A DNA stretch of 64,000 nucleotides. Source: Limnochordia bacterium (GTDB lineage: Bacteria > Bacillota > Limnochordia > Darwinibacteriales > DTU012). Below are positions 40,233-52,825 of the stretch, in pieces. The notes beneath the pieces were generated by a model, which worked only from the letters and a program-made list of their open reading frames with translations, searched no databases and was not told the origin of the DNA. The DNA lies in contig SKJB01000083.1 of the NCBI GenBank assembly GCA_007116145.1, positions 5,404 through 69,403 on the forward strand, written 5' to 3'. Within the stretch, counting starts at the first letter, position 1. Each line of letters opens with the position of its first letter. A program made the position numbers and the translations under genes.

Positions 40233-40799
40233 TTACACTCGACTGCCTGGTTTCGTCATTGGCACATTGGAATCGCATAACCAACAATTCTCTGGTTGAT
40301 AGGTCTTAATATCTACACTCACTAACGAGACAAACGGCACACCAAAGTCCGCCTTACCACCACTGCGATCAACAATGGATGCTACACCTTGAACCTGACA
40401 ACCAATATCGTCCACTATCTTGAGAACTTCTTTTACTGATCCTCCTGTGGTCACTACATCCTCCACAACAAGAATGCGTTCGGAAGGTTCCAGGTGAAAA
40501 CCACGACGCAACTGCATAACTCCATCTTGGCGTTCCGCAAAGATAAAACGACAATCTAGGGAACGAGCTACCTCATAGCCCATATTAATGCCGCCAATCG
40601 CTGGAGCCACCACTGTATCGATCCCACTAGGTAGCTTTGACAGTAATTCTGCCACAATTCGTCCAGCAACACTAGGACGTTCAAAAATCGTAGCACACTG
40701 CATATATTCTGCACTGTGCAGACCCGATGTTAAGCGAAAGTGCCCCGATTTCAAGACCCCTATCTCCTTAAATAGCTCCAATATCTCCTGATTTGTCAT
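40233..40799 (-). CDS. pyrE: Orotate phosphoribosyltransferase
   Basis: GHFRLTSGLHS, VVEDVVTTGGS, KPGSR. Confidence 0.95.
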   Translation of the reverse strand: MTNQEILELFKEIGVLKSGHFRLTSGLHSAEYMQCATIFERPSVAGRIVAELLSKLPSGIDTVVAPAIGGINMGYEVARSLDCRFIFAERQDGVMQLRRGFHLEPSERILVVEDVVTTGGSVKEVLKIVDDIGCQVQGVASIVDRSGGKADFGVPFVSLVSVDIKTYQPENCWLCDSNVPMTKPGSRV

Positions 40800-41494
40800 G
40801 AAACCATCTCCATTTCTACAAGAATTTTAGCAAACGCCTCTTGGGGATCCGAACTAGCAACGATCGGCCGACCTATAACAAGGTAATCGCTACCTGCTTG
40901 TATTGCCTCTTTTGGTGTCATTATCCGTTTTTGATCTTGTGTTCCGCTACCAGCTGGTCGTACTCCTGGTGTTACTGTAATAAAATCGGTACCCAATTTC
41001 GATTTTAGTAAACCTACCTCTTTCGGCGAACAAACGACACCGTGTAAACCAGCTTGCTGGGCCATACTCGCATAGTGAAGTACACAGTCTTCAATAGAAC
41101 CAGAGATTTTTAGCTGCGTGTTTAAAACCTGTTGATCGGTGCTCGTTAGCTGAGTAACCCCAATCAGTAAAGTCTCACCTGTAATCGCTTCCCGCGCTCG
41201 TTGCATCATCTCTAATCCGCCAGCACAATGCAAGTTTAAAATATCGCATCCCAGCTGCGACAAAACCTGTATTGCACCATAAGCAGTATTAGGAATATCA
41301 TGTACCTTAAGATCGAGGAAAACTTTAAGACCCATCTCTTTTAAACACACAATTAAATCGGGACCAGTGCTATAAAACAGCTCCATCCCTACTTTCACAA
41401 ACTGTGCTTGTGGTATTTTCTTTAATATTGCTAAAACATCCTGCTTAGTACGTAAATCTAGAGCAATAATAATTCGCTCTGCTGTATTGATCAT
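40796..41494 (-). CDS. pyrF: Orotidine-5'-phosphate decarboxylase
   Basis: IALD, KVG, DLKVHDIPNT, TPGVR, DQKR, GRPI. Confidence 0.95.
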   Translation of the reverse strand: MINTAERIIIALDLRTKQDVLAILKKIPQAQFVKVGMELFYSTGPDLIVCLKEMGLKVFLDLKVHDIPNTAYGAIQVLSQLGCDILNLHCAGGLEMMQRAREAITGETLLIGVTQLTSTDQQVLNTQLKISGSIEDCVLHYASMAQQAGLHGVVCSPKEVGLLKSKLGTDFITVTPGVRPAGSGTQDQKRIMTPKEAIQAGSDYLVIGRPIVASSDPQEAFAKILVEMEMVS

Positions 41495-42405
41495 AACACA
41501 CACCCCCGTATTTCTGCTAACGACGTAATCGCATTATCCACCATAAATTCTTTAATCTGATCAATAATAGTAGGACAAGCATAGGGATCGGTAAAATTAG
41601 CCGTTCCAACCATGACAGCCGTTGCTCCTGCCATCATAAACTCAATGGCATCCGCTCCAGTAAAAATACCACCCATCCCGATAATCGGGATGGAAACAAC
41701 CTTTGCTGCTTGATAAACCATGCGCACAGCTACAGGCTTAATTCCAGGTCCCGAAAGCCCGCCGATTCCGTTTGCAAGAACAGGTTTGCGTCTGTGAATA
41801 TTTATTTCCATCCCAATTAAAGTATTAATTAAACTAATTCCATCAGCACCGCCTTGTTCAGCAGCCTGTGCCATATCGCCGATAGAGGTTACATTAGGTG
41901 AAAGCTTGACGAACAGCGGAAGAGCACAAACTCGCTTAACCATTTGCACTAAATCCTGTAACACATGAGGATCAACACCAAAGCTAATTCCTCCACACTT
42001 AACATTCGGACAGGATACGTTTAGCTCAACAGCATGGGCTAATTCACAATTAGCGATTGCTTCGGAAACTTGGCAGTATTCGTCTTCTGTTCTACCTGCC
42101 ACATTGACAATTATCGGTACATTCTGCGTAGATAACCAGACGAGTTCCTCCTGTACAACCTTCTGCAGACCTGGGTTGGCAAGACCAATCGCATTTAGCA
42201 TCCCACCACGCACTTCTGTAACTCGCGGTGTAGCGTTTCCTAACCATGGCTCTAGGGTGGTTGCCTTTACGACGACAGCACCAAGTGTTTCTAAAGCGTA
42301 ATACTGTGCATACTCACGTCCATAGCCGAAACAACCTGAAGCCGGCATTACTGGATTCTTAAGCACCAATCCGGCTAAATCTACTGTTAGGTCTGGCTTA
42401 TTCAC
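41491..42405 (-). CDS. pyrD: Dihydroorotate dehydrogenase B catalytic subunit
   Basis: PASGC, NAIGL.NPG, NVSCPN, KLSPNV, GGLSG. Confidence 0.95.
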   Translation of the reverse strand: MNKPDLTVDLAGLVLKNPVMPASGCFGYGREYAQYYALETLGAVVVKATTLEPWLGNATPRVTEVRGGMLNAIGLANPGLQKVVQEELVWLSTQNVPIIVNVAGRTEDEYCQVSEAIANCELAHAVELNVSCPNVKCGGISFGVDPHVLQDLVQMVKRVCALPLFVKLSPNVTSIGDMAQAAEQGGADGISLINTLIGMEINIHRRKPVLANGIGGLSGPGIKPVAVRMVYQAAKVVSIPIIGMGGIFTGADAIEFMMAGATAVMVGTANFTDPYACPTIIDQIKEFMVDNAITSLAEIRGCVL

Positions 42406-43169
42406 AATGTCACCTCCCGCCAATCAAAGACTGGTCCTTCCTTACAAATTCGTTTTGCTGCTTGCTTATTTTCACTGCTACATACACATCCATAGCATGC
42501 TCCCACCCCACAAGCCATACGCTCTTCTAATGACACGTATCCTTTTACCTGCGTTTCCACAAAGAGTTCTTTAATGGCTCGTAACATGGAAGTCGGACCA
42601 CACGAGTATAGATACTGCCATTTTTTCTCATAATACGGCTCCGCTACGATAGCCTCAGTGACATAACCCTTCTTTCCAACAGATCCATCTTCGGTTGCGA
42701 TAGTAACGTTACCGAGAGGCGCAAACTTATCGAGCCAAAAACAATCCTGTTGATCACGAAAGCCTAGTAAAATATCCAACTGCCCCACGATCGGCTGCAA
42801 TTCCTTCGCTAATAGATATAATGGTGGTACACCAATACCTCCACCGACAATCAATACAGCACCTGCCGTGCTCTGAATGGGAAAACCGTGACCTAAAGGC
42901 CCAAGTACATCGAGGCTATCCCCCACTCTCCGCTCACTTAACCATTTTGTCCCTGCCCCAACTGCTCGTAATACAATTGTCATACGCTGCTTTATTCGAT
43001 CAACAGCTGCGATACTTATAGGACGGCGAAGGATATGATCGTAATTCTCTCCGATCCGAATATTAACAAATTGTCCAGCTTGGATGGAGTCATAGGGGAA
43101 TGGACCATTGAGTACTAATTCCCAAATATCCGCACTAAGGTTGGTGATCTTTGCTACATTAACTCTCAT
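42402..43169 (-). CDS. pyrK: Dihydroorotate dehydrogenase electron-transfer subunit
   Basis: RRPIS, GPLGHGF, GGGIGVPP, MACGVGACYGC...C.EGPVF. Confidence 0.95.
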   Translation of the reverse strand: MRVNVAKITNLSADIWELVLNGPFPYDSIQAGQFVNIRIGENYDHILRRPISIAAVDRIKQRMTIVLRAVGAGTKWLSERRVGDSLDVLGPLGHGFPIQSTAGAVLIVGGGIGVPPLYLLAKELQPIVGQLDILLGFRDQQDCFWLDKFAPLGNVTIATEDGSVGKKGYVTEAIVAEPYYEKKWQYLYSCGPTSMLRAIKELFVETQVKGYVSLEERMACGVGACYGCVCSSENKQAAKRICKEGPVFDWREVTL

Positions 43170-43298
43170 GTCAGTCCTCCTAGTAACTTGCTCAGAAATG
43201 TGCTTCAAGACGCACAATAACAATGCCTGATCTTTCCACTAGCGTAAAAAGACAGGGGTGTCCTTCTTCGTATAGCAAACACAAAAAGTTACGTACAA

Positions 43299-44558
43299 TT
43301 AAGTGTGGGAGCGATATTTCTCCGTTCCACAGACCAACGTTAGCACAGGCCAACCAGCGAACGTCTGACCAACAAAAGGAGAGTTTGTCCCTTTACTAAA
43401 AAAACCGTCTTGCGAAACTTGTCGTTCTACGGTTAAATCAAGGACTACTATGTCAGCCTCAGATCCTACAGAAAGTTGTGGAAATTCTCCGCTAATTATT
43501 GCAGGCCCATGTGTTAAACACTCTAGCATTCGCAGAAACGATAGTTTATTGGTTTGCACTAAGTGCGTATAAACAACGGAAAAGGCAGTTTCTAGACCCG
43601 TGACACCAAACGGTGATCCAGCTTTCACGCCATTTTCCTTCTCGAATCCATGAGGAGCGTGATCGGTAGCAATTACATCAATAATACCATCCCGTAACCC
43701 ACTAACTAATGCATCACGGTCATAACGACTCCGTAGGGGAGGCTTCATCTGGTAGTGCCCTAGAGGTTCCTGAATATCTTCATGCGTTAGAACTAAATGG
43801 TGTGGTGTAACCTCAGCACTTACCGGCAATCCCTGTGCTTTCGCTTGCGCAATCAATTCCACCGACTCGGCACAACTTAAATGGGCTGCGTGATAGGAAC
43901 ATCCAGTTTCAGCGACAATCTGTAAATCCCGTTCAAGCATTTGGTATTCAGACTCCGCTGGAATATCTTGATAAAACAGTCCAGAACCCACAAGAGATTT
44001 ATCCTCTAAGTGATTGACTAACACAGCGTTAACGTTTGCAATTGCTTTCATGGATTGCAGAACCTTTGCCTTCGATAGAGGATCTCCATCATCAGAAAAC
44101 AGTCGAATTCCATTCTTACGTAGCGTCGCATAGTCGACGAGTTCCTGCCCCAAGCGACCACGAGTTAGAGCGGCAATTGGATGAACATTAACCATAGCAG
44201 TCTCATTACATCGTCGGGTAAATGCAGCTATAATTTCTGGGTTATCTAGGGTTGGTGTGGTGTTTGGCATCGCGTATACAGAGGTAAAGCCACCGGCTGC
44301 AGCTGCCTTCGTCCCTGTAGCAATCGTCTCCTTACTTTCTCCTCCTGGTTCTCGTAAGTGCACGTGCAAATCAATAAACCCTCTACTAATAATTAAGCCC
44401 TCAGCGTCATAATCAGTGACAAAGCCCTGAAACTTGTCACGCAGAGCTTGCGCTTGTTCGCCAAACGCTACAATGATTCCATCAATAATTAAGACATCTT
44501 CAGATATCAATTGATCATTTCGGTATACTAATCCCTTACGCAGAAACCAATTTTTCAT
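43299..44558 (-). CDS. pyrC: Dihydroorotase
   Basis: DLHVHLREPG, MPNT, EVTPHH, ATDHAPH. Confidence 0.95.
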   Translation of the reverse strand: MKNWFLRKGLVYRNDQLISEDVLIIDGIIVAFGEQAQALRDKFQGFVTDYDAEGLIISRGFIDLHVHLREPGGESKETIATGTKAAAAGGFTSVYAMPNTTPTLDNPEIIAAFTRRCNETAMVNVHPIAALTRGRLGQELVDYATLRKNGIRLFSDDGDPLSKAKVLQSMKAIANVNAVLVNHLEDKSLVGSGLFYQDIPAESEYQMLERDLQIVAETGCSYHAAHLSCAESVELIAQAKAQGLPVSAEVTPHHLVLTHEDIQEPLGHYQMKPPLRSRYDRDALVSGLRDGIIDVIATDHAPHGFEKENGVKAGSPFGVTGLETAFSVVYTHLVQTNKLSFLRMLECLTHGPAIISGEFPQLSVGSEADIVVLDLTVERQVSQDGFFSKGTNSPFVGQTFAGWPVLTLVCGTEKYRSHT

Positions 44559-45435
44559 TGCTACCTCCTTGTAAACACCATTCTAAGACAGCCATCCGCA
44601 TGGCTACTCCATTACTCACTTGCTGTAATATCCGACAACGGCTATCCGTCATCGCTTCATCTGATATCTCCACATTACGGTTTACCGGGCCTGGATGCAT
44701 AATGATGGCACTATTTTTTATCAATGTTAGTCTATCCCGATTTAAACCAAAACTTTTATTATAGTCACTAATTCCTCCGCAATTCTCATGGCGCTCATGT
44801 TGAATCCGTAACATCATCACTACATCAGACTGCGCTACAGCCTGATCCATATCAACCCAGGGTACATCAGCTAACTCCTGCGCTTTGTATTGGTTCGGAC
44901 CAGCAAACATCACATTCGCACCCATTGTACGAAGCAAATGTAGGTTAGAACGGGCAACTCGACTATGCATAACATCACCAACAATAGTAACATTTAATCC
45001 GCGCAAGGAACCAAAGTGTTGTTGCATTGTTAGTGCATCTAATAAAGCTTGGGTCGGATGCTCTAGAGCGCCAGAACCAGCATTAACTAAAGATAGCTCG
45101 CAATCCATGCCTGCAACCATACTCGGCCAATCCTCTTTATGCCGTATTACTGCGAGATCAACTCCGAGAGCTTCTATCGTCTGCAGTGTGTCAATCAGCG
45201 ACTCGCCTTTCTGGACACTAGAATTCTTCACTGAGAAATCCAAAACCGTTAAGCCTAACCGATGGGCTGCCATTTGAAACGAGAGGCTAGTACGTGTGCT
45301 AGGTTCGAAAAACAAATTCACCACAGTTGCCCGTTTCTTCCAAGAGTAATCTTGATTCACAAATAACTGGGCGCGCCGCAATAATGCTTCAATTGTTCGT
45401 TCATTCAAATACTTTGTACTCGTCAATGAAAACAA
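44536..45435 (-). CDS. pyrB: Aspartate carbamoyltransferase
   Basis: FFEPSTRT, HPTQALLD, HSRVARS, LRIQHER, HPGPVNR. Confidence 0.96.
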   Translation of the reverse strand: MFSLTSTKYLNERTIEALLRRAQLFVNQDYSWKKRATVVNLFFEPSTRTSLSFQMAAHRLGLTVLDFSVKNSSVQKGESLIDTLQTIEALGVDLAVIRHKEDWPSMVAGMDCELSLVNAGSGALEHPTQALLDALTMQQHFGSLRGLNVTIVGDVMHSRVARSNLHLLRTMGANVMFAGPNQYKAQELADVPWVDMDQAVAQSDVVMMLRIQHERHENCGGISDYNKSFGLNRDRLTLIKNSAIIMHPGPVNRNVEISDEAMTDSRCRILQQVSNGVAMRMAVLEWCLQGGSNEKLVSA

Positions 45436-45481
45436 TGAAATCCCTCCTATGGAGAACCTTTACGTCTAAACATGGGTAGCC

Positions 45482-45514
45482 AAAAACAAGACTCCTACCA
45501 GTTGGTAGAAGTCT
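45482..45514 (-). terminator. pyr leader attenuator terminator
   Basis: Minus strand AGACTTCTACCA-AC-TGGTAGGAGTCT-TGTTTTT upstream of pyrB. Confidence 0.75.
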
Positions 45515-45563
45515 AAACATACATAGAGTAAGACGTGAGAACACGCTACTTTTGTATAGACGT

Positions 45564-45596
45564 CCTTCCCAACCTCACTGGATTGGATTAAAGGTC
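45564..45596 (-). ncRNA. PyrR-binding RNA element 2
   Basis: Minus strand GACCTTTAA-TCC-AATCCAGTGAGGTTGGGAAGG, matching the UUUAA...ARUCCNGNGAGGYU consensus. Confidence 0.8.
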
Positions 45597-45619
45597 CATT
45601 GTAATGTAATTGTCTATGC

Positions 45620-45648
45620 TTTTCTAAGCCTCTCTGGACTTGTTAAAA
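45620..45648 (-). ncRNA. PyrR-binding RNA element 1
   Basis: Minus strand TTTTAACAAGTCCAGAGAGGCTTAGAAAA. Confidence 0.8.
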
Positions 45649-45662
45649 CTCTAGCTACGTCT

Positions 45663-45692
45663 AGTGTACCAGACAGAATATAACTATGTCAA
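45663..45692 (-). promoter_or_regulatory. Sigma-A promoter of the pyr operon
   Basis: TTGACA-18 nt-TACACT with TG extension. Confidence 0.7.
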
Positions 45693-45711
45693 CATAAATA
45701 AGAGAATAACT

Positions 45712-46341
45712 CTACGTCAGATCAATAAGTACAACTCTTGCTGGTGCCGCTTCCACGCTCACAATTCTAAGAGGTGCAGCGAGCATGAAATATTCACCCG
45801 CTGGCACATCCTTTAACCGGAGACCTTCGATAATAATAATATCCCGTTTTAGTAAGCTAATGTGTGTCTCATGTTGAGGCTGGCTCCGTTCTATGCCTAA
45901 AGCATCGGTACCCACACCAGCTATTTGCTGTTCGACTAAATACTCCGCACCAGTTCTTTCTAAAAAGACAAAATTCAAGTCAAAGGTAGTATCACAATAG
46001 GAATTGCGAGTTTTAAATAACACAAAATCCTGAGACTCTATATCATAATGCTGTAAATCCTCGCGCGTAATGCGATCTTTGACAGATGTCAAGTCTAGCA
46101 CTTTCACGTTCCGCACCAAACGTTCGATTGAAGTATGGTCAATTGTTAATCCATCCTCGATAAAATGTAATGGAGCATCCACATGAGTACCCGTGTGCAT
46201 GTCAAGAGATACACGTGTCTCGCGTCCCCCTTGCCCATTTTCATAATCACGTGTAACTTGAAACTCTGGTCGTCGCTCGTCTCGATCCTTCCACACTTGC
46301 ATCAGTGGATGAATTTCCATTGAAACATCATATATCTTCAT
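45712..46341 (-). CDS. Cyclase-family (KynB-like) metal-dependent hydrolase
   Basis: HTGTHVDAPLHF, VGTDALGIE, IIEGL, EAAPAR; start ATG 46341. Confidence 0.88.
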   Translation of the reverse strand: MKIYDVSMEIHPLMQVWKDRDERRPEFQVTRDYENGQGGRETRVSLDMHTGTHVDAPLHFIEDGLTIDHTSIERLVRNVKVLDLTSVKDRITREDLQHYDIESQDFVLFKTRNSYCDTTFDLNFVFLERTGAEYLVEQQIAGVGTDALGIERSQPQHETHISLLKRDIIIIEGLRLKDVPAGEYFMLAAPLRIVSVEAAPARVVLIDLT

Positions 46342-46343
46342 CG

Positions 46344-47837
46344 TTAACTCCCTCCCTCTTGGAACCACTCACGTCCATGCTTTCGCATGAGAAAATCCGC
46401 TTGGGCTGGACCCCAGCTTCCTGCTAAATAAGGAACTGTCTGCTTTTCTTCAGCTTGCCACTCTTGGGCAATCTTATCAACAAAGCTCCAAGAATGCTTT
46501 AGTTCATCCCACCGTGTAAACAAAGTAGATTCACCCCGAATTACATCATAGAGTAACCGTTCATAGGCCTCGGGAGAATTCAATCCTTCATAGCAGTTTT
46601 GACAAAAATCCATCGAAACAGGAACAATTGACTGAAGAGTTCCTGGTCGTTTTGCATTAAATTTAAGATAAATGCCTTCATCCGGTTGGACACGAATAAT
46701 TAGCAAGTTAGGTTCGAGTTTGCCACTTTTAAAATACAATACTCCTGGAAGTTTTTTATAACTAATAACTATTTCCGAATACTTCTTCGGCATCCGCTTA
46801 CCTGTCCGCAGGTAAAATGGAACACCCGCCCAGCGAAAATTTTCTATCCGGGCTTTCAAGGCAACGAATGTTTCCACCTGAGAATCAGCGAGTACTCGGT
46901 CCTCATCGGTATATGCCTTTACCTGCATATTATCCACCACACCGGGTCCGTATTGTCCACGCACCACATCTTCGCCGTCAATGTAGAGCGAGCGAAGAAT
47001 CTTTACTTTTTCATCACGAATAGATTCCGTATCTAGATCCACAGGGGGTTCCATGGCGATCAATGATAGTAACTGTAACATATGGTTTTGGACCATATCC
47101 CGCAAAGCCCCTGCTTGCTCATAATATGGTCCCCGTCCCTCAACACCGACGGTCTCCGCAAATGTGATTTGTACATGATCAATATACTTATTATTCCAGA
47201 GTGGTTCAAATAGTGTATTGGCGAATCGCAACACCAAAATGTTTTGCACCATTTCTTTACCAAGATAATGATCAATGCGATAAATATTTTGCTCCGCAAA
47301 CGTATGACGAATATCTTCATTCAACTGTGTTGCCGATACAAGATCCCGACCAAAAGGTTTTTCAATCACAACGCGTTGCCAAGAATTTAGATTCTGAGCC
47401 ATTTTATGTCCGTGAATTTCCTTTGCAATCGGTGCAAAGTGCTCTGGAGCTACTGCTAAAAAGAACACACGATTTCCTCGTGTCTGGTAGATTTCATCAA
47501 GTTCTTCCAACCGTGTTTGGAGACCATCATAGCTTGTGGAATCATAAAAATCGAGATTATAGTAATGAAAGCTTTGCAGAAATGCTTCATCTTCAGCTCT
47601 CAACTCTAAACGAACGCGTGAGAAGTCATGAATGGAAGATATCACATCGGAGCGGAGTTCATCCCCCGTCTTCTCCCGCCGCCCAATAGATACCACTGCA
47701 AATTGCTCAGGCAAATGCCCATCCCTAAACAGGTTATACAACGCAGGATAGAGTTTGCGTTTCGTTAAATCCCCAGTAGCTCCGAAAATCACTACGATGC
47801 ACGGGTCAAGAACTGTCTCCGCTTTCGTTTTAAGCAT
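46344..47837 (-). CDS. zwf: Glucose-6-phosphate 1-dehydrogenase
   Basis: GATGDL, EKPFG, RIDHYLGKE, DMVQNH, RWAGVPF. Confidence 0.97.
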   Translation of the reverse strand: MLKTKAETVLDPCIVVIFGATGDLTKRKLYPALYNLFRDGHLPEQFAVVSIGRREKTGDELRSDVISSIHDFSRVRLELRAEDEAFLQSFHYYNLDFYDSTSYDGLQTRLEELDEIYQTRGNRVFFLAVAPEHFAPIAKEIHGHKMAQNLNSWQRVVIEKPFGRDLVSATQLNEDIRHTFAEQNIYRIDHYLGKEMVQNILVLRFANTLFEPLWNNKYIDHVQITFAETVGVEGRGPYYEQAGALRDMVQNHMLQLLSLIAMEPPVDLDTESIRDEKVKILRSLYIDGEDVVRGQYGPGVVDNMQVKAYTDEDRVLADSQVETFVALKARIENFRWAGVPFYLRTGKRMPKKYSEIVISYKKLPGVLYFKSGKLEPNLLIIRVQPDEGIYLKFNAKRPGTLQSIVPVSMDFCQNCYEGLNSPEAYERLLYDVIRGESTLFTRWDELKHSWSFVDKIAQEWQAEEKQTVPYLAGSWGPAQADFLMRKHGREWFQEGGS

Positions 47838-47949
47838 GTATATCACTCCCTCAAAAATTTCTGCAATCTACTCACTTCTGACAGAATACCCGAAATGGGG
47901 AAAATATGCAAACTGCAACTCCACTTGGTTTTCGTAGTTTCTGAGAGTC

Positions 47950-48402
47950 TTAGTCCATTTGGGAGAGCAATTCAAACAACGATGCAAAAAACTTCTGATC
48001 GTCTTGTTTACCCCGAGCAGCAGGACCTTTCGTACGCCCCCCCGCTCGACGAATCTTTGCTTTTACCGCTCTTTCTTCTAACATAAACCGGATATCGTCC
48101 TCGTGATAGATCCGTCCATTCGGTGCTAACACCTTGCCGCCCTTACCGAGAACAAGAGCCGCTAAACCCCAGTCTTGCGTAACCACTAAATCACCCGCTT
48201 GAACACGATTTATCACAGCTAGATCAGCAGCTTCTTTTTCATTACCGACAGTAATGTGTTCACTATTATTAATAACATGATTAAATGAAGCAATTGTAAT
48301 GAGTCGATACCCAAATCGACTTCGTTCTTTTTGGAGCAAAACCAAGCAGTTCTTCGGACAAGCATCCGCGTCGACAATAATCTTTGCCTTCAATATCATC
48401 AC
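47950..48402 (-). CDS. YaiI/YqxD (DUF188) protein
   Basis: VDADACP, AAD, DLVVTQDWGLA, RTKGP. Confidence 0.85.
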   Translation of the reverse strand: MMILKAKIIVDADACPKNCLVLLQKERSRFGYRLITIASFNHVINNSEHITVGNEKEAADLAVINRVQAGDLVVTQDWGLAALVLGKGGKVLAPNGRIYHEDDIRFMLEERAVKAKIRRAGGRTKGPAARGKQDDQKFFASLFELLSQMD

Positions 48403-48596
48403 CCATTCTCGCTACTCGTTAATGATATACTATACGAATAGCTATACCACCACATGACCGTAGCAAAAGCCTGTTACGAATACTAAGAATACTAATTGTT
48501 CATGTTAAGAATCTGTGTAATTGACTGTTTTTGCAGGATAACCCCTAAGATAACCGGAAACTATAGGATAAACCAATAAATGGAGGTGTATTATTT

Positions 48597-48920
48597 TTGA
48601 GTTTATCGGAAAAAGCAAAGGAATTAGCTTTAGCAGTAAAGGATACAGAGGAGTATAAAAATCTAACCTCTGCACAAACACGTGTTAAATTGGATCCTGC
48701 TGCAAGTCAATTAATCGAAGAGCTTCAAAAGGTCCAAGAATCGTTACAAGCATCACAAGGGGAAGGTAAAGAAATATCACCAGATCAAATTCAACACTAT
48801 CAGACGTTAGAGAGTCAAGCCCATGCGAACCTGACTCTTACTAATTTATTAAAAGCACAACAAGCTTTCAGTGAAATTATGAATCAGGTTAATCAATCGA
48901 TTACACAGGAACTCTTCTGA
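48597..48920 (+). CDS. YlbF/YmcA/YheA-family protein
   Basis: A.ELA..V..TEEY helical pattern, AQQ.F..I...VN; GGAGGTG RBS. Confidence 0.8.
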   Translation: MSLSEKAKELALAVKDTEEYKNLTSAQTRVKLDPAASQLIEELQKVQESLQASQGEGKEISPDQIQHYQTLESQAHANLTLTNLLKAQQAFSEIMNQVNQSITQELF

Positions 48921-48930
48921 TCACTACACC

Positions 48931-48957
48931 AGCAGCCTCTTGACAAGGCTGCTTTTT
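48931..48957 (+). terminator. Intrinsic terminator
   Basis: AGCAGCCT...AGGCTGCT-TTTT. Confidence 0.75.
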
Positions 48958-49077
48958 GCTGTTTTTTAACAAGTTTGATCCAAAAAGACAAAGGAAAACT
49001 AGAAAAAATGACGAATTCAGTCATGTACAAGCGTATACTTGTATAAAGGTATGCAATAAAATAACGAGGTGAATGTA

Positions 49078-50337
49078 TTGATACAACAAGAACAATCCAA
49101 CCCCTTTTTAATCGTGCAACAGCAATTAAAAGAAGCTGTAGACAAAATGAACCTACCCAATGATGTTTATGAGATCCTTAAGCATCCAAAACGCGTATTA
49201 ACCGTTTCCGTACCAGTAAAAATGGATGATGGAACCCTTAAAACATTTATTGGGTACCGCTCCCAACATACAGACGTTATTGGTCCGACCAAAGGCGGAA
49301 TCCGCTTTCATCCTGATGTAACGGTAGATGAAGTTAAAGCGTTATCAATGTGGATGACCTTTAAATGTGGTGTTGCTGCTCTCCCATACGGTGGAGGAAA
49401 AGGTGGCGTTATTTGTAATCCAAAAGATCTAACAAACGGTGAATTAGAACGCTTAAGCCGCGGATTTGCCCAAGCGATAGCACCGATTATCGGTCCCGAC
49501 AAAGACATACCCGCACCCGATGTATATACAAATGGCCAGATTATGGCATGGATGATGGATGAGTATAACAAAACGCAAGGTGGAATTAATAATCCTGGCG
49601 TTATCACTGGTAAACCGATTATTCTTGGGGGTTCTCTTGGTCGGGATACCGCAACTGCCCAGGGATGTATCTATACCATCCGCGAAGCTGCCAATAAAGT
49701 CGGCATCCAATTATCAAAAGCCACCGCAGTCATCCAAGGTTTTGGTAATGCAGGTTCCCATGCAGCCCGATTGCTCGCCAATCTTGGCGTAAAAATTGTG
49801 GCTGTCAGTGATTCAAGAGGTGCTATCCTAAATCAAGCAGGCCTCGATGTGGATACACTCATCACCTATAAAGAGAGCAACAAATCCGTTGTCGGTTTCC
49901 CTGGATCTCAGGAGATTCCAGCAAGCGAAATCCTGACCTTAGCATGTGATGTTCTTGTTCCCGCTGCTTTAGAAAATCAGATTACTGCAAGCAATGCTGC
50001 CGATGTGCAAGCAAAATTAGTTGCTGAGGCAGCGAATGGTCCAACAACACCTGAGGCAGATAAAATCCTTGCACAAAAGGGCATTATTGTAATTCCAGAT
50101 ATTCTAGCAAATGCTGGTGGAGTCGTTGTTTCCTATTATGAATGGGTACAAAACCTAACTGGTTATTATTGGTCTGCTGAAGAAGTAAAAGAAAAATTAG
50201 AAGCCCAAATGGTTAAAGCGTTTGATCAAACTTGGGCAGTCAGAGAGAAATATGGCGATGTGGATCTACGTACAGCTGCCTATATGGTTTCATTAGAACG
50301 CATTACTGAGGCCCTTCGTTTACGAGGTTGGATTTAA
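49078..50337 (+). CDS. Glu/Leu/Phe/Val dehydrogenase (glutamate dehydrogenase)
   Basis: KGGIRF, GGGKGG, DIPAPD, QGFGNAG, EAANGP, NAGGV; TTG 49078 follows GAGGTG. Confidence 0.93.
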   Translation: MIQQEQSNPFLIVQQQLKEAVDKMNLPNDVYEILKHPKRVLTVSVPVKMDDGTLKTFIGYRSQHTDVIGPTKGGIRFHPDVTVDEVKALSMWMTFKCGVAALPYGGGKGGVICNPKDLTNGELERLSRGFAQAIAPIIGPDKDIPAPDVYTNGQIMAWMMDEYNKTQGGINNPGVITGKPIILGGSLGRDTATAQGCIYTIREAANKVGIQLSKATAVIQGFGNAGSHAARLLANLGVKIVAVSDSRGAILNQAGLDVDTLITYKESNKSVVGFPGSQEIPASEILTLACDVLVPAALENQITASNAADVQAKLVAEAANGPTTPEADKILAQKGIIVIPDILANAGGVVVSYYEWVQNLTGYYWSAEEVKEKLEAQMVKAFDQTWAVREKYGDVDLRTAAYMVSLERITEALRLRGWI

Positions 50338-50347
50338 GTTTAATCAC

Positions 50348-50389
50348 AATAATTAAGAAGTGGCAAAGAGATGCCACTTCTTAATTATT
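50348..50389. terminator. Long hairpin between convergent genes
   Basis: AATAATTAAGAAGTGGCA-AAGAGA-TGCCACTTCTTAATTATT. Confidence 0.75.
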
Positions 50390-50427
50390 ATATCTTCCGC
50401 CATATCCCGTCTACTACACTACTCGTG

Positions 50428-52825
<2,398 letters not shown>

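Noticed and set aside
43170-43298. carAB remnant between pyrC and pyrK
   Set aside because: No recognisable CarA or CarB peptide in the frames read by eye.
47201-47689. 162-aa plus-strand ORF and other short antisense ORFs in the track
   Set aside because: They are shadows of well-supported genes on the opposite strand and have no motifs.
49033-49056. GntR-like palindromes upstream of the Glu dehydrogenase gene
   Set aside because: Short, imperfect, and no cognate regulator nearby.
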